Notes: generated by a model not told the origin, from the letters alone. A DNA stretch of 64,000 bases from an uncultured Rikenellaceae bacterium (GCA_964595725.1 CAZQRQ010000001.1:10221-74220), one strand, 5' to 3'; shown: positions 1 to 10,400, counted from the first letter of the stretch. Program-made: numbers and translations.

Positions 1-906
1 GCATAAAGAGCTGAATCCCACTCGTGTGCCAGTGTACAAATCTGTAGCCTCACCATTGCAGTTCAGTTCTGCATACGAAGCGAGAGCTGCATTGGTATGA
101 CCTGGCATATCAATTTCCGGGACAATGGTAATGTATCTCTCCCCGGCATAATTCACCAGGTCTTTATACTGCTCCTGGGTATAGAAGCCTCCTTCTCCCC
201 CTCCTACTTCAGTACTGCCACCGTGTAAAGCAAGATCAGGCCACGATTTGATCTCGATCCTCCAACCCTGGTCGTCGGAAAGATGCAGGTGCAGAATATT
301 CATCTTATAATATACCAGGAATTCCATGAATTTCTTCACGTTTTCAACGCTGAAAAAATGACGGGAAACATCCAGCATAGCTCCCCTGTATGAAAATTCA
401 GGGTAATCCGTTATGCTCCCGGTGGGTATAATCCATGGACCTTCCTGCCTGGTCTTCATCTCAATTTGTGGTGGTAAAAGTTGCCTGATAGTCTGAACTC
501 CCCTGAAAATTCCTTCAGGAAAAGCAGCTTTAAGTGTAATAATGCGCTTGTCAATACCAAGAATATATCCCTCGCTTCCACAACCGGTCAGGGAGGTATC
601 AATAATAAATTCTATAGACCCTGATTGTACCCGGCCCTGGGTTTTTCTTACATCGATCCCGTAACCGGTTGAAACTTTCAGAATATCTGAAAGATATTTA
701 CCTATTTGAATCACTTCTTCATTACCATTGCGGACAATTATATCAGAGCCTGTTCTGAGTTTAAAATATCCACCTGTGCCTGTTACAGAAGCAGGCCTGG
801 GAATAATGCTCTCTCCCGTAAGATCGGAAGGATCTGCCGGCTTACAGGAATGAATGATGACAAACATTACGAATAAGGTTGTCATCATTCTGAAAAAATA
901 AATCAT
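1..906 (-). CDS. Glycoside hydrolase family 20 beta-N-acetylhexosaminidase (partial; C-terminal part lies beyond the window edge)
   Basis: Not in the ORF track because it runs off the window. Minus-strand translation from the ATG at 906-904 gives MIYFFRMMTTLFVMFVIIHSC (lipoprotein-type signal), then the GH20 catalytic motifs NILHLHLSDDQGWRIEIKSW and PEIDMPGH. Confidence 0.85.
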   Translation of the reverse strand, partial: MIYFFRMMTTLFVMFVIIHSCKPADPSDLTGESIIPRPASVTGTGGYFKLRTGSDIIVRNGNEEVIQIGKYLSDILKVSTGYGIDVRKTQGRVQSGSIEFIIDTSLTGCGSEGYILGIDKRIITLKAAFPEGIFRGVQTIRQLLPPQIEMKTRQEGPWIIPTGSITDYPEFSYRGAMLDVSRHFFSVENVKKFMEFLVYYKMNILHLHLSDDQGWRIEIKSWPDLALHGGSTEVGGGEGGFYTQEQYKDLVNYAGERYITIVPEIDMPGHTNAALASYAELNCNGEATDLYTGTRVGFSSLC

Positions 907-949
907 ACTAATTACCATTGCAAATGAATTTTAGATGAAATTAATGTAA

Positions 950-2260
950 TTATGTGGAAAGTTTCTTCTTTTCTAACAATCTTATCCCGACATAAATAAG
1001 ACTGAGTATTGCAATAAAACTAACCATCCCAATTATCTCATTCTTTGACAAATTTGAAAGGAACCAGAGGATAATCAAAACAGAAATGACCGGCACCAGG
1101 TATCCTCCGGGTGTTCTGAAAGATCCTGTAGTCTTTTCTTTCCTGATCCTGGATTTTATAAGTGCCAGGGCTACACCAAGATAAATCAAAAGTATTGAGG
1201 CGCTTGATAAAATGGCAAGCTGCTTGAATTCACCCACTAATGCAAAGAAACAGCCCAGCGAAGTAAAGATGATAATTGATATATATGGCGTTGCAAACTT
1301 CCTGTGAACTGCTGCCAGGTGTTTTATTGGGATCACATTATCTCTTGCTGCACTGAAGAGTACTCTTGGCATATTAAGGGCATCGCCGCTGAGATAACCG
1401 AACATTGATATAGCAGCCCCGATTATCATCAGGGTCATTCCGGCAGGTCCCATGATTCTTTTCGCTACTTCAGCAAGTGGTGCATCTTTGAAATCAGCCA
1501 GAGAATCACCCAGAACACCCTGCGAAATTAATTGTATAAGCATGTATAATGTCAGAATTACCAGAAAGCTTATGAATATGGCCCTCGGTGTTGTCTTATG
1601 AGGATTTTTTATTTCACCACTTATGCTCAGGCTGTTTTCTGCGCCCTGGAATGCAAAAAAAAGTATTACAGATACACTTCCAATATCGCTGACTGCAGGC
1701 ATTTCACTGATTGCCAGGTTAGAAAAAGATATTTTTGAAAAACCGGCTATAACAAGTATCAGAATAGGAGTGAGTTTTGCAATTGTATTAATCTTGACAA
1801 GAGTTATTCCGCTTTTTACCCCAATTATGTTCACGACAGCAAATCCGGTAAATAGGAATAGAAAAACGAAGGATCTGACAATCCTGTTTTCAAAAACCGG
1901 CATAAGGTAGGCAAGAGTATCGGCCAGGGCGTTTGAGATAGCCGCGCAAGCCATCACCGTCGCCCCGAAAATGAAAAGATTTGATGTAAGAAACCCAAAA
2001 TATCTGCCGAATGAAGATTCTATGTACTTGTATGCCCCTCCTGTATGAGTCACTTTTGCCCCCACCTCTCCAAAGCAAAGCATTATTGCTGTAATGAGTA
2101 TTCCGCAGAAAAGATATGCAATAATACTTCCTGCACCCAGGCTCTCGGCAACAATCGCAGGCAGTACAAAGATTCCGGCCCCGATTACACTGTTGAGTAT
2201 ATTTGAGCTCTGCCCCCATACCCCTATTTCACGCTTAAGTCCTTCACTGGTCTCTTTCAA
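950..2260 (-). CDS. APC-family amino acid permease
   Basis: 436 aa, about 12 hydrophobic segments. The N-terminal region LKREIGVWGQSSNILNSVIGAGIFVLPA is typical of amino acid/polyamine permeases. Confidence 0.8.
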   Translation of the reverse strand: MKETSEGLKREIGVWGQSSNILNSVIGAGIFVLPAIVAESLGAGSIIAYLFCGILITAIMLCFGEVGAKVTHTGGAYKYIESSFGRYFGFLTSNLFIFGATVMACAAISNALADTLAYLMPVFENRIVRSFVFLFLFTGFAVVNIIGVKSGITLVKINTIAKLTPILILVIAGFSKISFSNLAISEMPAVSDIGSVSVILFFAFQGAENSLSISGEIKNPHKTTPRAIFISFLVILTLYMLIQLISQGVLGDSLADFKDAPLAEVAKRIMGPAGMTLMIIGAAISMFGYLSGDALNMPRVLFSAARDNVIPIKHLAAVHRKFATPYISIIIFTSLGCFFALVGEFKQLAILSSASILLIYLGVALALIKSRIRKEKTTGSFRTPGGYLVPVISVLIILWFLSNLSKNEIIGMVSFIAILSLIYVGIRLLEKKKLST

Positions 2261-2677
2261 AGGTTATAATCTTTGCAACATTTCACAGGTTAAATAAACC
2301 TAAAAATATTATAAAACCAATGCTTTGTCCATGACTTAGGTTATGTTCTTTTTAATACATTGCATTATTATATACCTGATCTTTCACCTCACCCCCTGCC
2401 CCCCTTGCTGACGAAGGCAGGCAGACCATTCTCCTGTTTGAGAGGGGCTTATTATCATATATACAGTTATTTATATCCCTCCTCCTCAAGGAGAAGGGAC
2501 CAAGAGAAGAGGTGATTGAACAACCCAAAGAACCTTTACCGATTTATCGGAAGACCGGGTTATGAGGCAAACGGACAAAAATAAGGAAGCCGGAAGTTAT
2601 ATCAACCTCATAATATGCACTAAACAACTTTTCTATTTCCGTTATTATCATTTGCTTATATTTATCAAAAAAAAGAC

Positions 2678-4048
2678 ATGAGAATATTAAGAGTACTGGC
2701 AGTTCTGGTGTTAACATGCTTATTTCCGGGCTGTTCAGATAATACTGTAAACACCGGTACAGAAGGGATTTCATGGGAAGAGTCTTTACATGTTGAGAAC
2801 ATATTTCCTTTACAGGCGGAGCATTGTCATGCATCAACTATTGTTGAACTTCCAAACAATGATCTCCTTGTTGCCTGGTTCCAGGGAAGTGGGGAGAGAA
2901 CAGCAGATGATGTATCAATAAAAGGTGCACGTTATAATCATAAAACAGGTTCCTGGACAGAACCTTTCAACATGGCCAATGTTCCCAACTTCCCCGATAT
3001 CAATCCGGTTCTCTTTATCGACGGTGAGGGAATCCTATGGATGGTCTGGTATACTGTTATGGCTTACCAGTGGGAATCATCACTCCTGAAGTTTCGTTAC
3101 AGCCGCAACTACCAGCAAAAAGATGGACCACCTGAGTGGGACTGGCAGGATATGCTTTATGTCAAACCTGACGGCAGTGTGCCAAACGGAATTGGCCAGA
3201 ATGATGCTTTTGTAAAATTACTGGAAAGAAAATACGGGGAATATTATGATTACCTGACTGCTTCCGGGCAGATAAAAGATTCAGGTAATATCTGGCTTAC
3301 AAGAAAACTTTGGGAGAATTCCATCGAAAGTTATATGAATATTGCTAAAGGGACAAACCTTATGCGGAACGGTATCGATTATAATGAAAGAGGACGGCAA
3401 TTCAGAACCCGTCTTGGATACCCATTGATGAGGAGAATTGGCTGGCAGACCAGGAATAAGCCTCTTATCTCCGGAAACAGGATCATGCTGCCACTATATT
3501 CGGATGGTTTTGATTTTTCGTTGGTGGCAATAACAGAAAACAGGGGTAAGAACTGGACTTTCAGTGAACCTATCGTCGGAGCCGGAAATGTACAGCCTTC
3601 ATTTGCTCTATGCCAGGATGGTTCTATTGTGGCGTATATGAGAGATAACGGTCCGCCTCCGAACAGGCTTATGAAAAGTGTATCAACTGATTCATGCCTC
3701 ACGTGGAGCACTGTTGAAGATACTGAAATACCCAATCCGGGAAGTGCCGCCGACATTGTGAGGCTGAAAAACGGGAACTGGATCCTTGCCTCAAACGACC
3801 TGGATGAAGGACGCCAGAGGCTCTCCGTATGGCTTTCAAAGGATGAAGGCAAGACGTGGCCATATAAAAAAGCAATTGTAAGCGGTCCTGAAGAAGGGCT
3901 AGTAAGAGCCCATTATCCGGCAATTATTCAGGGATCAGATGGCACGATCCATATTACATACACCTTTCAGTTGCCGGACGAATCAGGCAAAGGATCCGTT
4001 AAGAACATTGCACATGCAACCTTCTCCGAGAAATGGTTGATGCAATGA
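2678..4048 (+). CDS. Sialidase-family (BNR/Asp-box, BNR_2-like) lipoprotein
   Basis: Signal plus lipobox (LTCLFPGCSD). Asp-box-like repeats SVSTDSCLTWS, LSKDEGKTW and TENRGKNWT. N-terminal HASTIVELPNNDLLVAWFQG is typical of the BNR_2 beta-propeller family. Catalytic sialidase activity is not established from sequence. Confidence 0.7.
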   Translation: MRILRVLAVLVLTCLFPGCSDNTVNTGTEGISWEESLHVENIFPLQAEHCHASTIVELPNNDLLVAWFQGSGERTADDVSIKGARYNHKTGSWTEPFNMANVPNFPDINPVLFIDGEGILWMVWYTVMAYQWESSLLKFRYSRNYQQKDGPPEWDWQDMLYVKPDGSVPNGIGQNDAFVKLLERKYGEYYDYLTASGQIKDSGNIWLTRKLWENSIESYMNIAKGTNLMRNGIDYNERGRQFRTRLGYPLMRRIGWQTRNKPLISGNRIMLPLYSDGFDFSLVAITENRGKNWTFSEPIVGAGNVQPSFALCQDGSIVAYMRDNGPPPNRLMKSVSTDSCLTWSTVEDTEIPNPGSAADIVRLKNGNWILASNDLDEGRQRLSVWLSKDEGKTWPYKKAIVSGPEEGLVRAHYPAIIQGSDGTIHITYTFQLPDESGKGSVKNIAHATFSEKWLMQ

Positions 4049-4066
4049 TAAAGAAAATCAGCCTGA

Positions 4067-4106
4067 AATTTAGAAGGGGTGTTCAAAAGAACACCCCTTC
4101 TAAATT
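4067..4106. terminator. Bidirectional intrinsic terminator hairpin between convergent genes
   Basis: AATTTAGAAGGGGTGTTC-AAAA-GAACACCCCTTCTAAATT: perfect 18-bp stem with a 4-nt loop, lying between the stops at 4048 (+) and 4124 (-). Confidence 0.75.
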
Positions 4107-4123
4107 ACCTGCATGTTACTCAA

Positions 4124-4609
4124 TTACTTTGTTGCAAGGAAACTTTCCTGGTTATTCAGCAACATCGGAAAATAAGCAGCAATAAGACTCGTGTTATCGC
4201 GCTCCAGATTCTTTCCTGATGTAATAACCTTCTGATGAAAATACTGGTCACGGTTTAATGCTGAATCTGAAGTGGAATACCCGTCTTCCTCAAGCTCATC
4301 ACCCAGCTTTTCTACTCCGAAGTACTTACTTGTACTTACATATTTAACAGAAAGAGCATCGGAAAGAACATAATATATTTTCTTCCCTTTTTCTAACGTA
4401 ACGGCAACCTTAACTTCGAAATTAGAGTTCTCATAGGTGATAACGTAAGGCTTGTGCTGTAATCCGTTCAGAAACATAAATCCGTCATCAACTTCGATTT
4501 TGTAGTTACCGAAGGAGGTGTTGGTTTTTCCCTGGCTGACCAATTTCCTGGCAAACGAGCCAAAACATACTGCTGTAATTAAAACAAATGTTAAAATAAT
4601 TCTTTTCAT
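4124..4609 (-). CDS. Hypothetical secreted protein
   Basis: 161-aa ORF with an N-terminal signal peptide (MKRIILTFVLITAVCFGSFA). No family recognised. Confidence 0.55.
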   Translation of the reverse strand: MKRIILTFVLITAVCFGSFARKLVSQGKTNTSFGNYKIEVDDGFMFLNGLQHKPYVITYENSNFEVKVAVTLEKGKKIYYVLSDALSVKYVSTSKYFGVEKLGDELEEDGYSTSDSALNRDQYFHQKVITSGKNLERDNTSLIAAYFPMLLNNQESFLATK

Positions 4610-4936
4610 GGCTTCAATTTTAAGTTATACAAAAAATTTATTGTGTTTTACTGTCTTGTTTCTTTCACTTAATAGACGAATAATTTTTTCAAGTGTTACA
4701 ATTTTCAATGTAAATACAGTGTTAGTCCCCTTTGTCTCTATGTAAATACTTAATATTATTAACTTTATAATTTTAATTATATTTTGATTTTTTTTCTCCA
4801 TCATTATTTTACACCTTAAACAGATTCTTTTTCCTGTTTTATGGTGAGAGATCACGAGAATTGGTTAGTTCATAAAAACAAAATTGAACTGCACCTGTAA
4901 ATAATTGTTATCTGTCTAAACAGAATGTAATTGAAA

Positions 4937-5551
4937 ATGAAAAATGCGTCTGCTGCATTGGGGGACGAGATTTTAAACGCTGATCCTTTCACACAGTTTG
5001 ATATATGGTACCGTTACAGGCTATCCCTGAACCTATCAGTACCTAACAGCATGAGCCTTGGAACTTTATCAGGAAAAAGCGGCGTTTCCGTTAGAACAGT
5101 TCTATTGAAAAGCTATGATAATGAGGGTTTTGTGTTTTTTACCAATTACCTGAGCCGAAAAGGGAACCAACTTGAAACCAATAAAAATGCAGCTCTTCTT
5201 TTTTACTGGCCAGAATCGGAACAACAAATAAGGGTCGAAGGCTCTGTGACAAAAATCAAAGAAGAATGGTCAGACAAATATTTCATGTCGCGGCCGCTAG
5301 AAAGCCGCATTGCAGCATGGGCCAGTGAGCAAAGCAGTATAATAGCCGACAGAAAATACCTTGAAGGCCAGTTTGATCACTATAAAACCATTTTTAAAAA
5401 TAAAACCGTTGAAAGACCTCCGCACTGGGGTGGCTACCTCCTGATTCCTTACTGGTTCGAGTTCTGGACTGAGGGCAAACACCGTTTACATAACAGGATT
5501 TCCTACTCACTTACGAAGGAAGGCTGGAAAATGAACCGCCTGGCTCCATGA
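4937..5551 (+). CDS. pdxH: Pyridoxamine 5'-phosphate oxidase
   Basis: The C-terminus HWGGYLLIPYWFEFWTEGKHRLHNRISYSLTKEGWKMNRLAP matches the PdxH signature. I placed the start at the in-frame ATG at 4937; the ORF track starts at a TTG at 4931. Confidence 0.9.
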   Translation: MKNASAALGDEILNADPFTQFDIWYRYRLSLNLSVPNSMSLGTLSGKSGVSVRTVLLKSYDNEGFVFFTNYLSRKGNQLETNKNAALLFYWPESEQQIRVEGSVTKIKEEWSDKYFMSRPLESRIAAWASEQSSIIADRKYLEGQFDHYKTIFKNKTVERPPHWGGYLLIPYWFEFWTEGKHRLHNRISYSLTKEGWKMNRLAP

Positions 5552-5557
5552 ATGCGG

Positions 5558-6139
5558 TCAGACAAGATCACATGCATCTGGTGGCATCCAATGGGCGTCT
5601 TTTCCCTCCCATTTTACATTGCATCCGATTGGATTGGTAACTGCAACAGTTACTTCATCACCTGAAGTCAACTCCCCAAGTGCCCTGTCGAGATCATTGA
5701 CGGTCATTCTTGAAGTATCACGAGGATTATCAACTCCACGGCCGGTATAAACAAGTATCCGTTTTTCATCAAAGACATAAAAATGCGGTGTCCTTAAAGC
5801 ACCATATTTTATAGCTACACTTTGATCCTTGTCGTACAGGTAGAGCCATGGAAACCTGTGTTTTTCCATCCTGGATACCATATTGGGAAAACTGTCTTCC
5901 GGATATGTATTTTCGCTGTTTGAATTTATACCCACGAATTTTACTCCCAGGGGTGCATACTTCTCTGCAGTTGCCCTTGTAATTTCATCCGATCCTATAA
6001 CATATGGACAATGATTACACGTAAAAAATACTACCAGGTATTTATAAGCCTTGAAATTATCAATACTGTATGTATTTCCATCTGTTGCCGGAAGCCTGAA
6101 ATCCGGGGCCTGTTCCCCGGGCTGAAGTGTAAATGACAT
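5558..6139 (-). CDS. Thioredoxin-fold (AhpC/TSA-redoxin-like) protein
   Basis: 193 aa. [10 protein letters not shown] redox-type CxxC context within a redoxin-like N-terminal half. Confidence 0.75.
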   Translation of the reverse strand: MSFTLQPGEQAPDFRLPATDGNTYSIDNFKAYKYLVVFFTCNHCPYVIGSDEITRATAEKYAPLGVKFVGINSNSENTYPEDSFPNMVSRMEKHRFPWLYLYDKDQSVAIKYGALRTPHFYVFDEKRILVYTGRGVDNPRDTSRMTVNDLDRALGELTSGDEVTVAVTNPIGCNVKWEGKDAHWMPPDACDLV

Positions 6140-6199
6140 ATCTTATAATTTTGATTTCTATATCAAGTTAACAATTTATCATGACATATGTTGAGAAAA

Positions 6200-6685
6200 T
6201 TATCTGTCCAGTCCTACAGGCTTATCCACATTCAGTTTTAAAACAGTCCTTAAGTACCTTATGCCAGACAGGAAAAGGCCAAGGCCAATACCATTATAAA
6301 GTATCGAAAGATAGTTTTTGGGGATTGAGGAATGTCTCAGAATAATACCCATGAAGATCATGATAGCAAGTGTTATGTAACTTTTCCACGTTATAAAAGA
6401 AAATACACATTTCTTCCCGGAAATAGGAATCAGCCTGCTTAGATTCTTTTTTGCCAGCCTCAGAAAGCCAAAATAATGGACCGGCATTGCAATAAGAAAA
6501 CCAGTAATATAATAAATGTATTTTCCTCTACCAGAATAATGATTCACCCAGGTCTCGGCAAGAATCATAAGCATAACGCCAACACCGCACCACATCAACC
6601 CGGAAATAAGTATCAGGATTTTTCTGTCGACCCGGGGGTTGATCCTTTCAATCAGTATTGCTACCCTGTTATTCAATACTTGCAA
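6200..6685 (-). CDS. Hypothetical integral membrane protein (about 4 TM)
   Basis: 161-aa ORF with four hydrophobic segments. Overlaps the upstream YciI-like gene by 17 nt on the same strand. Confidence 0.5.
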   Translation of the reverse strand: MQVLNNRVAILIERINPRVDRKILILISGLMWCGVGVMLMILAETWVNHYSGRGKYIYYITGFLIAMPVHYFGFLRLAKKNLSRLIPISGKKCVFSFITWKSYITLAIMIFMGIILRHSSIPKNYLSILYNGIGLGLFLSGIRYLRTVLKLNVDKPVGLDR

Positions 6686-6959
6686 GCCTGAAAGGCATTA
6701 TTTTAATTTCCTTCCAGACACCGCCTGTAATATAAGGCTCATCCTTCAACATTTCATTCAGTGCTGCCCTGTCAGGAAAATCATAAAGTACCATGGATCC
6801 TACCATCTTACCATCATCATCTAGAATAGCTCCTCCAAACAAGAATGCGTTATTCTTTTTAAGGGTTGCTATACCTTCCAGGTGTTCAGGCCGTGCGTTT
6901 AGTCTTCGCGTGAGTGCATCCGGATCTTTTCCATCGTGAGCTACTAGCAAAAATTGCAT
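6669..6959 (-). CDS. YciI-family protein
   Basis: 96 aa. MQFLLVAHDGKD...RPEHLEGI...GGAILDDDGKMVGSMVLYDF...DEPYITGGVW matches the YciI-like pattern. Confidence 0.7.
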   Translation of the reverse strand: MQFLLVAHDGKDPDALTRRLNARPEHLEGIATLKKNNAFLFGGAILDDDGKMVGSMVLYDFPDRAALNEMLKDEPYITGGVWKEIKIMPFRLASIE

Positions 6960-7120
6960 AATATTTGTTTTTTCTGTTTAGCTATTCGTTTCACCTTCAA
7001 ATTTATGTTAATTGTAAATATTCTCATAGAATAACCTGATGTGTTTTTGCACTTCATACTTATCTTTGCATAAACTGTGGATAGATTCTGTATATAACTG
7101 TATTCTTTAACCAGAAACCC

Positions 7121-7909
7121 ATGAAAAAATATAAAACAGGGATTGTCTTGAGTGGTGGTGGTGCCAGGGGTTTCGCACACCTTGGCGTAATAGAGGCACT
7201 GAATGAAGTGGGAATCTATCCCGATGTTATTTCCGGCACAAGTGCCGGGGCAATAGCCGGATCCCTGTATGCAGATGGTCATTCTCCCCGTGAAATAATG
7301 GAAATGCTGCACTCCACCAAGAGACTTGATTATTTATGGCCAACCGTTCCCAGGGATGGTTTTATGCAGATATCGGGAATAGAAAAGATCCTGAAAAAGA
7401 ATCTCAGGGCAAAAACATTCGAAGAGCTTAAAATACCTCTTTTTGTATCTGTCACGGATCTTAACAACGGAAAGCCGGTATATTTTTCAAAAGGAGAGCT
7501 TGTAAATCCAGTTATTGCCTCGGCTAGTATACCTGTTCTTTTCAAACCTGTTATCATAAATAAGATTCAATATGTTGACGGAGGCGTGCTTGATAATCTT
7601 CCAATTCGGCCTATTGAACATCAATGCAGATTTTATATAGGATCCTTTGTTAACCCCACGGGGTATGAAAAACATTTCTCCAATCTTATTCAGATTGCAG
7701 AAAGAACATTCATGCTTAACATGTCAAAGGAAGTCATGGAAAAATCCAGAAAGTTTGATTTATTCATTTCACCTTCCGAACTAATGAATTATAATATCCT
7801 CGATTCTGAAAAATCAGATGAGGTATTCAAAATTGGGTATAATACCACAAAAGAAATACTAAATGAAATGGATCTGACAGGCTTTCTGCAAGGAAATAAA
7901 AGCTCCTGA
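7121..7909 (+). CDS. Patatin-like phospholipase
   Basis: GGGARG oxyanion motif, GTSAG (GxSxG) nucleophile elbow and a DGG catalytic Asp motif (YVDGGVLDNLP). Confidence 0.85.
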   Translation: MKKYKTGIVLSGGGARGFAHLGVIEALNEVGIYPDVISGTSAGAIAGSLYADGHSPREIMEMLHSTKRLDYLWPTVPRDGFMQISGIEKILKKNLRAKTFEELKIPLFVSVTDLNNGKPVYFSKGELVNPVIASASIPVLFKPVIINKIQYVDGGVLDNLPIRPIEHQCRFYIGSFVNPTGYEKHFSNLIQIAERTFMLNMSKEVMEKSRKFDLFISPSELMNYNILDSEKSDEVFKIGYNTTKEILNEMDLTGFLQGNKSS

Positions 7910-7966
7910 AAGAATCATTTTACCGCAATCACTTTTGCTCTTAATGACTGCATACCCTCCGACACA

Positions 7967-9370
7967 TTAAAAATAGCTTGTTCCATCCCAGCAATGTGTG
8001 CACAATTTTGATTTTGGTAATCCTATAGCTTCAACAAGATCGTCCAGCCTCTGGTAAACGAGAGAATCCAGGTTTAGATTTGATGCAATCTGCGTCACCA
8101 TCTTATTATATTTCACTGAATCCGGGTCTGCATATTCTCTAAGATCTGCATCATCTCCATCTATCTGGCTGATGGATTTCCTCCCCGCAAGTTCAAGAGA
8201 TGACCTTGACTGTGAAAAATTAAGAAAATCACAGGGAAACAGTAACGGGGGACATGCTATTCTCATATGCACTTCAGCAGCCCCGGCTTTTCTCAGATCC
8301 ATAGTATTATCTTTGAGCTGAGTTCCTCTCACAATACTATCATCCAGAAACACCATTTTTTTCCCTTCAATTATAGCTTTATTTGGAATAAGCTTCATTT
8401 TTGCAACCAGGTCCCTTAGTTCCTGGCTTTGTGGCATAAAACTCCTGGGCCAGGTAGGAGTATATTTTGAATATGCCCTTTCATAAGGAATACCCTTTTC
8501 ATTACTGTAGCCCACACCATGGGCTATCCCTGAATCAGGCACACCGCAGGCAAAATCAGCTTTTACATCGTCGCGCCTGGCCAGGGCCGCACCACACCTG
8601 TTTCTACATTTTTCCACATTTATTCCCTCATAAAATGAAGGAGGATAACCGTAATAAACCCATAAGAATGCACATATCTGCATTTTGTCCTCAGGTTTTT
8701 TCAACTGTTCAATTCCATCTGTCGTAAGCCTTATAATCTCGGCAGGACCAAGAGAATATTCAAGTTCAAATCCCGTATTTGCAAAAGAACATGATTCTGT
8801 AGCAACTGCGAATGCCCCCTCTTTGGCACCTATAATTACAGGCGTTCGCCCCAATTTATCTCTTGCTGCAATAATCTCATTCTCAGTTAGTATCAACAAG
8901 GAACAGGAGCCTTTTATCCTTTCAAAAACATTTTCAATTCCATCTATATAGCTCTCCTTTTCACATACCAGATTAGCTACTACTTCCGTAGGATTAATGT
9001 TGCTTTCAAAATTTTCAGTGAAATGGATCTTCCTGGCAAGAAAGTAATCTTCCAGTTCCCCAATGTTTACAAGCCTGCTTACTGTAGCTATTGCAAACCG
9101 TCCCAGGTGTGAATTAAATAGTATTGGCTGGGGATCCGTATCACTTATTACCCCGATACCTGAATTTCCGTCAAATTCATTGAGTTCACTTTCAAACTTA
9201 CTTCTGAAATAATCGTTCTCTATACTATGTATCGATCTTCTGAAACCATTCTCCGGAACAATAAATACCATCCCGGCACGTTTTGTTCCAAGATGTGAAT
9301 GATAGTCAGTTCCGTAAAAGATTTCATCAACACACCGTTTTTTCGAAACAGTACCAAAAAAACCACTCAT
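7967..9370 (-). CDS. Amidophosphoribosyltransferase-like protein (PurF paralog with Ser instead of the Cys1 nucleophile)
   Basis: PRPP-binding motif MVFLDDSIVRGTQ. Cys residues sit where [4Fe-4S] PurF ligands lie (QICAFLWVYYGYP, FPCDF, LCTHCWDG). The N-terminus reads MSGFFG, with an in-frame stop immediately upstream of the ATG. Confidence 0.8.
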   Translation of the reverse strand: MSGFFGTVSKKRCVDEIFYGTDYHSHLGTKRAGMVFIVPENGFRRSIHSIENDYFRSKFESELNEFDGNSGIGVISDTDPQPILFNSHLGRFAIATVSRLVNIGELEDYFLARKIHFTENFESNINPTEVVANLVCEKESYIDGIENVFERIKGSCSLLILTENEIIAARDKLGRTPVIIGAKEGAFAVATESCSFANTGFELEYSLGPAEIIRLTTDGIEQLKKPEDKMQICAFLWVYYGYPPSFYEGINVEKCRNRCGAALARRDDVKADFACGVPDSGIAHGVGYSNEKGIPYERAYSKYTPTWPRSFMPQSQELRDLVAKMKLIPNKAIIEGKKMVFLDDSIVRGTQLKDNTMDLRKAGAAEVHMRIACPPLLFPCDFLNFSQSRSSLELAGRKSISQIDGDDADLREYADPDSVKYNKMVTQIASNLNLDSLVYQRLDDLVEAIGLPKSKLCTHCWDGTSYF

Positions 9371-9496
9371 TTAATTGAAATTTAATTATTTATGAAATAT
9401 TACACTGCATGTAAATTTAATCAATGAAAACAATTATTTAAATAAATTTCAGGATATTGTTATTTTTGCCCACAATTTCAGAATTATACACACCAA

Positions 9497-10399
9497 ATGA
9501 CAGAACAAAACCCTAACCAGATGGATAAAAAAGCCCGGAAGAACACTCCTGTTCTGATGATATTCATTTCAGTAGTACTGTTCCTTGTCCTTGGAATTAT
9601 TGTGATAAGCTATTTCAGCCAAAAAAAGAAGATGATAGAAATGGAGACCATGCTTACCCACGAAAAAGATTCCCTGACCAATGAATTGAGACTGCTTTTG
9701 CATGGTTATGATACCCTGAAAACCAATAACGATACATTGCAGGCCAAGCTTGATCATGAAAGAGAGAGAATCGTACAATTACTTGCCATAAATGCCAATA
9801 ATGTTCAAACGATAAGGACATACCGCAAAGAGATAACCACAATGAGGGAAATTATGAAAAGTTACATTGTACAAATAGATTCCCTTAACACCCGGAATAA
9901 ATTGCTCGTTGCAGAAAACCAGGATATTAAGCAGCAAATGTCCAGGGTACAGGAATCAAATGTGGAACTATCTAAGGTGAGGGAAGAATTATCTTCAAAG
10001 GTTGAGATTGCATCTGTTGTACAGGCTAAAGATATTGTGGCTGTTGCACTGAATAAGAACCGTAAAGAAACATCCAGGCTTGACCGGATAGACAAGCTCA
10101 GGATATGTTTCACACTCAGGGAAAATCCCATTGCATCTGCCGGGGAAAAAACTGTCTTTTTGCGGGTTTTACGGCCTGACTCTCTTGTGATTACCTCCAG
10201 TCCGGAAAATCTTTTCGATTACAGGGACAGTAAACTTATATATACTGCAAGCAGGGCTGTTGAATATATGAACCAGGATATCGAGATGTGCATTTTCGTT
10301 GATAATAACGGTGACTTTATTATCGGAACATACAAGGCAGATTTATTTCTTGAAGGAACTATGATAGGAAGCTGTACTTTTATGCTTACCCGTCGATAA
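9497..10399 (+). CDS. Hypothetical membrane-anchored coiled-coil protein
   Basis: 300 aa with one N-terminal TM (VLMIFISVVLFLVLGIIVISYF), a long heptad-like region and a globular C-terminal domain. No family recognised. Confidence 0.55.
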   Translation: MTEQNPNQMDKKARKNTPVLMIFISVVLFLVLGIIVISYFSQKKKMIEMETMLTHEKDSLTNELRLLLHGYDTLKTNNDTLQAKLDHERERIVQLLAINANNVQTIRTYRKEITTMREIMKSYIVQIDSLNTRNKLLVAENQDIKQQMSRVQESNVELSKVREELSSKVEIASVVQAKDIVAVALNKNRKETSRLDRIDKLRICFTLRENPIASAGEKTVFLRVLRPDSLVITSSPENLFDYRDSKLIYTASRAVEYMNQDIEMCIFVDNNGDFIIGTYKADLFLEGTMIGSCTFMLTRR

Positions 10400-10400
10400 T

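Noticed and set aside
3695-3710. parS-like sequence TGCCTCACGTGGAGCA, sharing the CACGTG core.
   Set aside because: It has three mismatches to the parS consensus (positions 3, 4 and 14) and lies inside the sialidase-like CDS. It is unlikely to bind ParB specifically.
6222-6230. Perfect DnaA box TTATCCACA.
   Set aside because: It is a single isolated copy inside a coding region (the 6200-6685 membrane protein gene). It is expected by chance and is not part of a cluster.
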